NCBI GenBank assembly: GCA_002269645.1
Contig: NIVC01000224.1
Span: 348,781-412,780 of the forward strand
Direction of reading: 5' to 3'
Length of the DNA stretch: 64,000 bases
DNA from: Macrostomum lignano
Taxonomy: Eukaryota
The position numbers and the translations under genes were made by a program. Under the pieces are notes generated by a model. It was not told where the DNA came from. It saw only the letters and a list, made by a program, of their open reading frames with translations, and searched no databases. How positions within the stretch are numbered: position 1 is the stretch's first letter; the number at the start of each line of letters is the position of its first letter. Below, in pieces: positions 55,701-62,383 of this stretch.

Positions 55701-56020
55701 ATGGCGGCGTTCTGAATGCGGACTCCTCGGAGAGAAGCTCCAGGCAGAACAGCGGCGCAACGTCCGCGGCGGCGTCGGCTGCTGCTGCTGCTGCCGCTGC
55801 CGCCGCAGCCGGCGCCGTGGTTGTGTCGAAGCCGATTAATTCCAAAGCCACCGACGTGATTGGCCGAGTTCGGAAGAAGCTGACTGGACAAGATTTTAAC
55901 GATTCTACTGATAGTAGAGATTTTGTTAACACTATCAGGCAGGTGGACATGCTGCTGGCCAATGCTACGTCTAATCAGAATCTGTGCCAGATGTACATTG
56001 GCTGGTGTCCGTTCTGGTAG
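7456..56020 (+). CDS. TOR: Target of rapamycin serine/threonine kinase, complete gene, 25 coding exons, about 2789 aa
   Basis: Exons joined by hand at GT-AG sites with consistent phases give HEAT repeats ([14 protein letters not shown]), FAT ([25 protein letters not shown]), FRB ([20 protein letters not shown]), kinase ([36 protein letters not shown]) and FATC ([12 protein letters not shown]-stop). Exon lengths sum to 8370 nt, divisible by 3. Homology is judged from remembered human mTOR sequence. Confidence 0.97.
7868..8120 (+). mobile_element. tRNA-derived SINE in TOR intron 1
   Basis: A-box-like AGTTAGAGCATCGG and B-box GGTTCGATTC, followed by the core motifs TTGAGCAAGGCACTTAAC and CACCCAGCTGTAAAATGGGTGCC seen in CORE/V-type SINEs. 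3' end approximate. Confidence 0.75.
8318..8633 (+). CDS. TOR: TOR exon 2
   Basis: ...[15 protein letters not shown] then donor GTATGG at 8634. Acceptor is ambiguous (AG ending 8315, 8317 or 8325, depending on the exon 1 donor). Confidence 0.75.
8720..9215. repeat. Degenerate (TCTAA)n microsatellite, intron 2
   Basis: Repeated TCTAA/TCTA units. Confidence 0.85.
9318..10004 (+). CDS. TOR: TOR exon 3
   Basis: CTGAC..CCACAG acceptor; [25 protein letters not shown]; Ala/Ser/Gly insert; ends CGPQ/GTTGGT, phase 0. Confidence 0.88.
10041..11177. repeat. Minisatellite, intron 3, about 22-bp unit
   Basis: TTACAGATGGTATTACAGACAC with TTACAGA sub-repeats. Confidence 0.95.
11220..11467 (+). CDS. TOR: TOR exon 4
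   Basis: CTCAG/GTG; [17 protein letters not shown]; donor GTAAGT, phase 2. Confidence 0.92.
11648..11945. repeat. Degenerate 6/12-bp repeat, intron 4
   Basis: TCCCTAATCCAA-like units. Confidence 0.8.
12410..14392. repeat. Compound minisatellite, intron 4, 31+6n bp unit
   Basis: GGTTCTGTACTGAAAATCAGGTGATTGTGAT with a variable number of TGTGAT. Confidence 0.96.
14703..14831 (+). CDS. TOR: TOR exon 5 (not in ORF track)
   Basis: TTTTAG acceptor; [42 protein letters not shown]; donor GTGAGC; phases 2/2 fit both neighbours. Confidence 0.9.
14923..15812. repeat. Minisatellite, intron 5, 35-bp unit, about 25 copies
   Basis: TTCAGATATGGCGCTTTCAAATAAACTCATTTTCC plus a CTCTGT variant. Confidence 0.96.
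15860..16107 (+). CDS. TOR: TOR exon 6
   Basis: TTTTCAG acceptor; [34 protein letters not shown]...NFDFE; donor GTTTTA, phase 1. Confidence 0.9.
16131..25313. repeat. Satellite array, intron 6, 21-bp unit, about 9.2 kb (about 435 copies)
   Basis: Variants TAGCATCCCTGAAGCTTAAT(T/G) and TAGCATCCCTTAAGTTTTATG. Confidence 0.98.
25470..25860 (-). mobile_element. Probable 5'-truncated LINE 3' fragment
   Basis: Minus strand reads [26 protein letters not shown]..-stop (25744), resembling the FKxxLKxWL C-terminus of LINE ORF2 proteins, followed by unique sequence. Family unassigned. Confidence 0.4.
25856..26805. repeat. Minisatellite, intron 6, 19/21-bp unit
   Basis: CGCCCTGACTCAT(G/A)AAAGAAT; edge units read CCCTGACACAGAAAATAAT. 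Confidence 0.95.
26908..27032 (+). CDS. TOR: TOR exon 7
   Basis: TTGCAG acceptor; GHSLIQF...[14 protein letters not shown]; donor GTAAGT. Confidence 0.92.
27165..28380. repeat. Minisatellite, intron 7, 30-bp unit
   Basis: GAGGGTGAGATTTCCGGAGCTTCAGTCTTT, about 40 copies. Confidence 0.96.
28790..29690. repeat. Minisatellite, intron 7, 20-bp unit
   Basis: TATTAGAATCAAGATCCCCA, decaying after about 29460. Confidence 0.95.
29760..30145 (+). CDS. TOR: TOR exon 8
   Basis: TCCCAG acceptor; [12 protein letters not shown]...[13 protein letters not shown]...[11 protein letters not shown]; donor GTACGG, phase 2. Confidence 0.9.
30168..31215. repeat. Minisatellite, intron 8, 23-bp unit
   Basis: CTCCCTGATGCTCAAATCTCACT. 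Confidence 0.96.
31299..31653 (+). CDS. TOR: TOR exon 9
   Basis: CTAAC branch plus GTCAG acceptor; FVQPYGK...[23 protein letters not shown]; donor GTAAGT. Confidence 0.92.
32032..32364 (+). CDS. TOR: TOR exon 10
   Basis: TTCCAG/GTG; [13 protein letters not shown]; donor GTGAGA. Confidence 0.92.
32480..33060. repeat. Minisatellite, intron 10, 30-bp unit
   Basis: GATTCGAATATTTGGGATGTAGGGATATG(A/G). Confidence 0.93.
33141..33458 (+). CDS. TOR: TOR exon 11
   Basis: CGCAG/GTG; VVPLYLDVV...[11 protein letters not shown]; donor GTGAGC. Confidence 0.9.
33525..33750. repeat. Irregular short repeat, intron 11
   Basis: CACAA(G/A)CGCTAAACTT and CCACCTACTTT units. Confidence 0.7.
33950..37115. repeat. 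Minisatellite, intron 11, 41-bp unit (38-bp variant), about 3.1 kb
   Basis: CTATATTTCTAAGAAACTCTAGAACCTTATCTCTGAAATAA. Confidence 0.97.
37239..37628 (+). CDS. TOR: TOR exon 12
   Basis: CACAG/GTG; [14 protein letters not shown]...ASRIV; donor GTAAAT. Confidence 0.92.
37690..38615. repeat. Minisatellite, intron 12, 38-bp unit
   Basis: ATGATAATTCCCCTGTAAGCCTCACTTTAAATCGCTCT; homogeneous 37810-38340 with degenerate edges. Confidence 0.94.
38722..39109 (+). CDS. TOR: TOR exon 13
   Basis: CTCCAG/GTG; LQRSW...[13 protein letters not shown]...RESPS; donor GTAAGG, phase 1. Confidence 0.92.
39240..39990. repeat. Minisatellite, intron 13, 31-bp unit
   Basis: GTGAGATTTCCTTAGCTTCCGTATCTGAGGA. Confidence 0.93.
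40030..40535 (+). CDS. TOR: TOR exon 14 (start of FAT)
   Basis: CACAG acceptor, phase 1; [15 protein letters not shown]...YAKALYYKE...[10 protein letters not shown]; donor GTGAGC. Confidence 0.93.
40600..41970. repeat. Minisatellite, intron 14, 23-bp unit, about 59 copies
   Basis: GTGATGAAGCTGAGCATTGGATA. Confidence 0.97.
42015..42509 (+). CDS. TOR: TOR exon 15 (FAT)
   Basis: Rarer AAG acceptor; [14 protein letters not shown]; donor GTAAGT. Confidence 0.9.
42590..43145. repeat. Minisatellite, intron 15, 40-bp unit
   Basis: CTTTGTAGCTGAGCTATCACTACCATTAAGTTCTAGTGGT. Confidence 0.94.
43334..43504 (+). CDS. TOR: TOR exon 16 (FAT)
   Basis: CCTAG acceptor; [25 protein letters not shown]; donor GTAAAC. 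Confidence 0.92.
43580..44800. repeat. Minisatellite, intron 16, 44-bp unit
   Basis: TCTATACATGAATTAAAGAATAGAATGGATTGCTAATCTATAGC. Confidence 0.96.
44818..45324 (+). CDS. TOR: TOR exon 17 (FAT)
   Basis: CCACAG acceptor; [10 protein letters not shown]...FLKLANW...[12 protein letters not shown]; donor GTTCGC. Confidence 0.88.
45360..45985. repeat. Minisatellite, intron 17, 18-bp unit
   Basis: ATAGCCGATATGTATCGA, semi-palindromic. Confidence 0.92.
46046..46369 (+). CDS. TOR: TOR exon 18 (FAT; not in ORF track)
   Basis: CACAG acceptor; AVRGFVKSL...NSLQDSLRL...[16 protein letters not shown]...GKAHPQ; donor GTGAGC. Confidence 0.93.
46381..46895. repeat. Minisatellite, intron 18, 12-bp unit
   Basis: GTG(C/T)CT(G/A)TCTTA. 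Confidence 0.93.
47150..47379 (+). CDS. TOR: TOR exon 19 (end of FAT, FRB helix 1)
   Basis: CACAG acceptor; AMINPL...[23 protein letters not shown]; donor GTTGGT, phase 2. Confidence 0.93.
47425..49250. repeat. Minisatellite, intron 19, 31-bp unit (28-bp variant)
   Basis: GGTGGCCCAGCAACTGAGGATCTGGGAGGCT. Confidence 0.97.
49340..49547 (+). CDS. TOR: TOR exon 20 (FRB)
   Basis: TTCTAG acceptor; LQPLHELM...[15 protein letters not shown]; donor GTGTGC. Confidence 0.93.
49660..49930. repeat. Purine-rich minisatellite, intron 20, 22-bp unit
   Basis: GAGAGTGAAAAGGCAAGGAGGA. Confidence 0.92.
50048..50370 (+). CDS. TOR: TOR exon 21 (kinase N-lobe)
   Basis: CTTAG acceptor; SKQKPR...[21 protein letters not shown]; donor GTGAGA, phase 2. 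Confidence 0.94.
50500..51650. repeat. Minisatellite, intron 21, 16-bp basic unit with higher-order blocks
   Basis: TTATGACAGTCTGTGT, TTACGATAGCTTGTGT and related variants. Confidence 0.93.
51824..51971 (+). CDS. TOR: TOR exon 22 (kinase hinge)
   Basis: GTCAG acceptor; [26 protein letters not shown]; donor GTTTGT. Confidence 0.93.
52073..53222. repeat. Minisatellite, intron 22, 24-bp unit, about 47 copies
   Basis: CTGATTGGCTATTGTACACAGAAT. Confidence 0.97.
53330..53452 (+). CDS. TOR: TOR exon 23 (LST8-binding element region)
   Basis: TTCCAG acceptor; [18 protein letters not shown]...GDDLAK; donor GTAAAT. Confidence 0.93.
53623..54105 (+). CDS. TOR: TOR exon 24 (catalytic and activation loops)
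   Basis: CTGCAG acceptor; LWFERRTNY...GLGDRHPSN...DFGDCFE...EAFVYDPL; donor GTTGGT. Confidence 0.94.
54250..55310. repeat. Minisatellite, intron 24, 24-bp unit
   Basis: TGTCAGGAATGTCGATGTGGTTTG with recurring GTGTCAACATTGTGTCAGTAGTGTCAAAG interruptions. Confidence 0.95.
55415..56020 (+). CDS. TOR: TOR exon 25 (long linker plus FATC)
   Basis: TTTCAG acceptor, phase 0; [11 protein letters not shown]...[15 protein letters not shown] at 56018-56020. Confidence 0.92.
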   Translation, partial: AAGAAGGVGAGNAGIQQAPGADAADMEGYNPWRHHLVNGPWFGNYEESKQLRKRSRSGVVYVEKSGIFGLIFSARPPPFHSATTATSGYPGGPGNNGGVLNADSSERSSRQNSGATSAAASAAAAAAAAAAAGAVVVSKPINSKATDVIGRVRKKLTGQDFNDSTDSRDFVNTIRQVDMLLANATSNQNLCQMYIGWCPFW

Positions 56021-56026
56021 CTGCTG

Positions 56027-56924
56027 GTAAGTGCCCACTATATACGAGGCGGTGGTGGCCCAGAAACTAACAGATTTCTAGATTAGAAGGAGTTAGATCG
56101 AGATAGATGAAGAGAATTGGTGGCATTGGTAGCTCGAGACACTAGAGGATCTGAGAAGCTGGCCCAGCAACTGGGGATCTGGGAGGCTAGTGGCTCAGCA
56201 ACTGATGACCTGGGAGGCTGGTGACCCAGCAACTGAGGATCTGGGAGGCTGGTAGCCCAGCAACTGAGGATCTGGGAGGCTGGTGGCCCAGCAACTGAGG
56301 ATCTGGGAGGCTGGTAGCCCAGCAACTGAGGATCTGGGAGGCTGGTGGCCCAGCAACTGAGGATCTGGGAGGCTGGTGGCCCAGCAACTGATGACCTGGG
56401 AGGCTGGTGACCCAGCAACTGAGGATCTGGGAGGCTGGTAGCCCAGCAACTGAGGATCTGGGAGGCTGGTGACCCAGCAACTGAGGATCTGGGAGGCTGG
56501 TGGCCCAGCAACTGAGGATCTGGGAGGCTGGTGGCCCAGCAACTGATGACCTGGGAGGCTGGTGGCCCAGCAACTGAGGATCTGGGAGGCTGGTGGCCGA
56601 GCAACTGAGGATCTGGGAGGCTGGTGGCCCAGCAACTGAGGATCTGGGAGGCTGGTGGCCGAGCAACTGAGGATCTGGGAGGCTAGTGGCCCAGCAACTG
56701 AGGATCTGGGAGGCTGGTGGCCGAGCAACTGAGGATCTGGGAGGCTGATAGCCCAGCAACTGAGAATCTGGGAGGCTGGTGGCCCAGCAACTGACACTCT
56801 GGGAGACTGGCCCAGCAAAGGATGATCTTAGAGGCTGGCACAGCAAGTTTCAGCCATGGAGGTTATTTCTGCAGCTAAGCACTTTACTTTTAAACAGTCT
56901 AATAATTCACCACCCCAATTTCAG
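56027..56924 (+). other. Putative intron in the TOR 3' UTR
   Basis: Consensus donor CTG/GTAAGT 6 nt after the stop. Candidate acceptor CCAATTTCAG at 56924 with CTAAT about 25 nt upstream. Contains the 31-bp array. Confidence 0.5.
56150..56830. repeat. 31-bp minisatellite downstream of the TOR stop (same family as intron 19)
   Basis: GG(T/C)GGCCCAGCAACTGAGGATCTGGGAGGCT. Confidence 0.95.
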
Positions 56925-57491
56925 CATCGTGCAAGAGCTTTTGAAATCGGAGAGTGCAAAATCTACAAAAGAAGTTGTTTCAAACAATTGTGCTTATAAT
57001 TGACCTCAAAAATTAGAAAAGATGTCTCACTAATTCTTTATTCTAATGCTACAAAAGAACGTTTTATAATGACTAACTTTTTAAGATATGCATTGTTGCG
57101 TATAATTAATAATTCGTTGTTTTTCAAAACCATGAAGATTACGTTTTGAAGTTGATAGAACACAGTTTTAAGGCTAACCTAAATTATCACTTAAAATTAT
57201 ACAATATTTTAATGCAGTGCAAATTTATCGTAGTTATATAAGTTAAGTTTAAACATTTTTGACCATCCGTTTCTAGTATTATATATTCTGATTTGCACTA
57301 ACTGCAGTCTTTTTATATAAATTGTAATCGCTTTTACGCTTTGAGTTAAATAATTATGCCAATATATTAATGAATCCATTATACTACTAGCATCACTATT
57401 CAATTATATAATACATGTAGGCTCGTGTATAATCCGTTTTACCTTTGATAAATTAATTATTTTGTGTTGTAAATCATTGCAAGTGTAGTGA

Positions 57492-57497
57492 AATAAA
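57492..57497 (+). promoter_or_regulatory. Candidate TOR polyadenylation signal
   Basis: First canonical AATAAA I found downstream of the TOR stop, followed by U/GU-rich sequence. Confidence 0.45.
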
Positions 57498-57689
57498 AAA
57501 TTGACCCTGTTTTGTCTAAATTGAATATTAGATAATAGAGTAGATAGTATTAGCTATGAGTTGTCTTGCTTGTTTTCAATATTTGGATTTAGATTATAGA
57601 TTTTAGTTTTAAATCTTTAACTTCCTACCGTGTCATTTTCTGTCCTTTTTTTCAGCATCCTGTACTTTTGTGCTCTTTCTTTTTAACCC

Positions 57690-58240
57690 TCCCTCTCTCT
57701 TCTCCCGCTTTTTTGCCTTTTCAGTCTCCCCTCTTTTTCACTCTCTTCTCTTGCCTTTTCACTCTCTTCTCTTGCCTTTTCACTCTCTTCTCTTGCCTTT
57801 TCACTCTCTTCTCTTGCCTTTTCACTCTCTTCTCTTGCCTTTTCACTCTCTCCTCCTTGCCTTTTCACTCTCTTCTCTTGCCTTTTCACTCTCTCCTCCT
57901 TGCCTTTTCACTCTCTTCTCTTGCCTTTTCACTCTCTCCTCCTTGCCTTTTCACTCTCTTCTCTTGCCTTTTCACTCTCTCCTCCTTGCCTTTTCACTCT
58001 CTTCTCTTGCCTTTTCACTCTCTTCTCTTGCCTTTTCACTCTCTTCTCTTGCCTTTTCACTCTCTTCTCTTGCCTTTTCACTCTCTTCTCTTGCCTTTTC
58101 ACTCTCTTCTCTTGCCTTTTCACTGTCCCCAGTCAGTCAGTCAGTCAGTCAGTCATTCAGTCAGTCAGTCAGTCAGTCAGTCAGTCAGTCAGTCAGTCAG
58201 TCAGTTAGTCAGTCAGTCAGTCAGTTAGTCAGTCAGTCAC
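57690..58240. repeat. Pyrimidine-rich 21/22-bp minisatellite followed by (CAGT)n
   Basis: CTCTCCTCCTTGCCTTTTCACT to about 58125, then CAGT repeats. Confidence 0.94.
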
Positions 58241-58350
58241 CACTCAATTTATTGCATGATACTCTAAACTTTTAGCAGGCATACTTAACCAAAAAAGAAA
58301 AAAATTGCAAGAAAAGAAAAAAACAAACTATACTAAAAACTTGAAAGACA

Positions 58351-59520
58351 ATGTCCGGCGATCTGTCCACCGACATCAACCCGTTGGAGATTGGCTGCGT
58401 AGACGAGGCGGCTTCAGCGGAGCCGCACAAGCTGCTGTCTCACCTGTTCCCCTCCAAGATTGGCGGCAAGCCGGCATGGCTGGCCTTGGACCAGCTGCCC
58501 GGGGAGGCGCAGCTTCGATGCTGCATCTGCTCCAACCGAATGACCTTCCTGATGCAGGTTTACTGTCCGATTGAGTCCAGTGTGTCGGCCACGGCTTCCG
58601 ATAATGCCGATAACAATACCGATAATGACACTTTTCATCGTTGCTTATTCTTTTTCATGTGCTCCAATGGTGGTTGCTATGGCAACGTGGATAAATCTAG
58701 CACGCCGAATGCTCCCGTGAAAGTGTTTCGCTCCCAGCTGGCTAGGAAGAATCCGTATTACCCGTTTGAGCCGCCGAACTACGAAGCGAGCTGGTCGGAG
58801 ATTGTCAAACTAATCGATGCTAAGCAAGTGTTTCACCCGTCGTCATGGCAACCGCTATGCGCCCTGTGCGGCTGCCCAGCTAGCGGCTCTGAAGCGGTGC
58901 AGTGCGACGACTGCAGCTACAAGCCAGGCGGGCTGTACTGCTGCAAGGAGCATCGCGACGCCGACGCTACACGACGCGCCGAGTTTTGCAAACTTGTCGA
59001 TAAACAGCAACATAAAATGGATGGAGAACTTCTACTACGTTTGTGGACGCTGCAGTCGGATTTAAACGATGAGCAGCAGTTTCTGCATAGCAACGGTCGG
59101 CCGCTACCTGAGCTGGGCCTACTCATCGGCCCCGATCCGGGCAACGGCATGGCCGACGATAAAATCGACATGAATCGTCGATTCGGCGATGTGCCCGACG
59201 ATGAAGTCGCCTCCGACGATGCTAATGATTCGTCGTCGTTGTCGTCTGAAAATGTCGACGATGATGTCGACGCAGCGATGGAGGTTGCAGACGATGGAGA
59301 GCGCCGTCGGCAGCAGCAGCAGAGCTCGCCGACCCCGATGCACTCGACAAATCAGGCCGGCGACGCGGCTAATATCGACGCCGCTGCCGTCGCTGATTCC
59401 GAGGCTAATCGCAGCTTCAACGAATTCGCCGCCGGAATCGAACAGCTGGCCGCTAAAGAGACGCCGGCCCTGAAACAGCTGGCCGAGTTTAAACGTGCTA
59501 CTAGACGCGAGCCCGGACAG
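58351..59520 (+). CDS. PDCD2: Programmed cell death protein 2 (PDCD2/Zfrp8/Tsr4-family uS5 chaperone), exon 1
   Basis: FPSKIGGKPAWL, CxxC..FLMQVYCP, FHRCLFFFMC, KVFRSQL and a MYND-like Cys cluster; donor CAG/GTGAGA at 59521. Confidence 0.9.
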
Positions 59521-59619
59521 GTGAGAGAGAGAAATGGGGATGAGAGAAAGGTGTAATAACTGTGACAGAGGCGATATTAAATGTGCAACCTAACTCTTAG
59601 TTGGTAGAAAATAGATGAA

Positions 59620-60135
59620 GATAGGTGGAGACTGGAAGATTGGTGAATGCTAGAGGAAGATATAGAGACTACAGGGAGATGGGTAGAGACTAGATGAAGA
59701 AAGGTAGAGACTAGATGAAGATAGGTAGAGACTAGATGAAGATAGGTAGAGACTAGATGAAGAAAGGTAGAGACTAGATGAAGATAGGTAGAGACTAGAT
59801 GACGATGGGTAGAGACTAGAGGGAGATGAGTAGAGACTAGAGGGAGATGAGTAGAGACTAGAGGGAGATGAGTAGAGACTAGAGGGAGATGAGTAGAGAC
59901 TAGAGGGAGATGAGTAGAGACTAGATGAAGAAAGGTAGAGACTAGATGAAGATAGGTAGAGACTAGATGAAGATAGGTAGACTAGATGAAGAAAGGTAGA
60001 GACTAGATGAAGATCGGTAGAGACTAGAGGGAGATGAGTAGAGACTAGAGGGAGATGAGTAGAGACTAGAGGGAGATGAGTAGAGACTAGAGGGAGATGA
60101 GTAGAGACTAGAGGGAGATGAGTAGAGACTAGAGT
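59620..60135. repeat. Minisatellite in the PDCD2 intron, 21-bp unit
   Basis: GTAGAGACTAGAGGGAGATGA and GTAGAGACTAGATGAAGATAG. Confidence 0.94.
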
Positions 60136-60420
60136 GAGAAAGTTAAAGAAGTTAGACTGAGAACGTCGTGATGTTAGACAAAAATGGAAAAAGACATAGG
60201 AGAGAACGGAACGAGAATAATTAATAAAGACACAGTAATTATCGTTTAAGCGATTTCTACTACCCAACAATCATAATAACTCCACAATATTGATGCAAAA
60301 ATCGTAGTTTAAATTTATATATTAGCCCCCGATATGTATTGTTAACATATCGAAAATAATAATTATAATAACGTTATTATAATAACTTTCCACCAAATGC
60401 CATACTCGCTCTTCCCTCAG

Positions 60421-60690
60421 GTATTTCGCTATCAACGCCACGGCGCGCCTCTACTAATTAGCGATCAATCAGTGGCGCCGGCGCCAGCCTGCGCTAGATG
60501 CGACGCCGCTCGCCAATTTGAATGCCAAATCACTCCACAGCTGTTGAACTGGCTGCCATTGAATGAGTCACCGGATAGCGTCGGGCCAGATTTTGGCAGC
60601 GTGCTCGTGTACACCTGCTCCCGTAGCTGCCCGCTAGCTGGAGAACTCGGCAACTATGCGGAAGAGTTCGTTGCTATTCAGTATGTATGA
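60421..60690 (+). CDS. PDCD2: PDCD2 exon 2 (PDCD2_C domain)
   Basis: CCCTCAG acceptor, phase 0; VFRYQR..PLLIS..CARC..RQFECQITPQLL..DFGSVLVYTCSRSC..EEF; TGA. Total about 479 aa. Confidence 0.9.
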   Translation, partial: VFRYQRHGAPLLISDQSVAPAPACARCDAARQFECQITPQLLNWLPLNESPDSVGPDFGSVLVYTCSRSCPLAGELGNYAEEFVAIQYV

Positions 60691-60869
60691 ATTCTTCATG
60701 CAGAAAAAACAAAATAATTGAAAATTTTTTTCGATCGTACTTGATTAGATTCACAGATGCAAAATAACTCGATACGTCACTTGCAATTAAGTTGTGAAAA
60801 AGCAGAGCATCTATTCTTTATTGAGTAGTTTGTGTGCGCTCAGTGACACTTACGTTTAATGTTTAAGTG

Positions 60870-61385
60870 TTAGCCAATAAGAGAGCAGTAAGGAGAGAAG
60901 TGAAAGTCAGAGGGACGAAGTCAGAGGGGCAGGCCCAATCTATCTCAGCCAATGTGAGAGCAGTAAGGAGAGAAGTGAAAGTCAGAGGGACGAAGTCAGA
61001 GGGGCAGGCCCAATCTAGCCCAGCCAATGAGAGAGCAGTAAGGAGAGAAGTGAAAGTCAGAGGGGCAGGCCCAATCTAGCCCAGCCAATGAGAGAGCAGT
61101 AAGGAGAGAAGTGAAAGTCAGAGGGGCAGGCCCAATCTAGCCCAGCCAATGAGAGAGCAGTAAGGAGAGAAGTGAAAGTCAAAAAGACGAAGTCAGAGGG
61201 ACAGGCCCAATCTATCTCAGCCAATGAGAGAGCAGTAAGAAGAGAAGTGAAAGTCCGAAGGACGAAGTCAGAAGGGAAGACCGAATCTAGTTCAGCCAAT
61301 GAGAGAGCAGTAAGAACAAAGTGAAAGTCAGAGGGGCAGGCCCAATCTAGCTCAGCCAATAAGAATGCAGTAAGGACGGAGGTCA
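60870..61385. repeat. Tandem repeat, about 61-75 bp unit, about 8 copies
   Basis: GTCAGAGGGGCAGGCCCAATCTAGCCCAGCCAATGAGAGAGCAGTAAGGAGAGAAGTGAAA. Confidence 0.9.
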
Positions 61386-62383
61386 AGTCAGGCGCAAGCG
61401 TATATGAAGAAAGCCAAACTGTTTATCAGCCTGGTTGGGGGCTGTTGCCCAACCCATTTTTGCTCACGCACTGGATTTGGCTTTTTCAACTTTTACTGCA
61501 AATTTCAGTTTGTAAAATCCAATTTTTACTTTTATTTAAGAAGAAACGCTAATTTTACTACTGAAAAAAGAGTAGATAAGGACAATTTTGTGAGTGACAC
61601 ACTAGTTATTTTAGTATCCGTGATCATTATCTTGAGCATTTAAGCTGGCAAGATCGGTCTGTCTTATTTTCGTTGTCTAATTTGGCATTATAAAACATCT
61701 ATTTTTGTATTCTTTTGCTTAATTTTCTTTGTTTGTTTTCTTTAATTAACGCGCAACACTTTAATACTACTTACAACAGTAATTGATTTTATTTTCCGTC
61801 ATATTTATTCAATATAACTTATTTCAGCGAGAAGTTCTGTAAGTTCTTCTGCATGCAATTGGTGTGCTTCAACTAATGCCTACTACTTATAGTAATCATG
61901 TATTTCTATTTAAGCCTTATTTTTGTTTATTTCTCTCTTTATCCAGCTGTTTTGTGCCAAAAGCATAAAATCTAGTAATTATTAATAATATATAAAAATA
62001 ATCTTCATTTTTTTTCTAATACTATATTGGCCCCATATTAAATTACCATCGATCCATCATTTGCTTGCTATGGTCCAAACTAATAATAACAAAGCGTTTA
62101 AATAAACGGTGCAATAATACTTAGTTGATAAAAAACAAGCATATCGACATTGAATTTTTTTATTTAATAACCCTTTTATGTGTAGTTATTTAGTTGCGAT
62201 GCTTAGAAAGTTATTTTCGATACATATCGGCTATAATTATGTTCACTCTGCTTATGTCACGAGTCGAAATCCTCTCTTTAACGTAATCCGTTTTCTATTT
62301 TCAGCAATCTCAGTTGTCATTATTATATTAAACTGGTTTCTCTTCGTCATAATAATCGGATAAAATAATTGATTGATTGGTCC

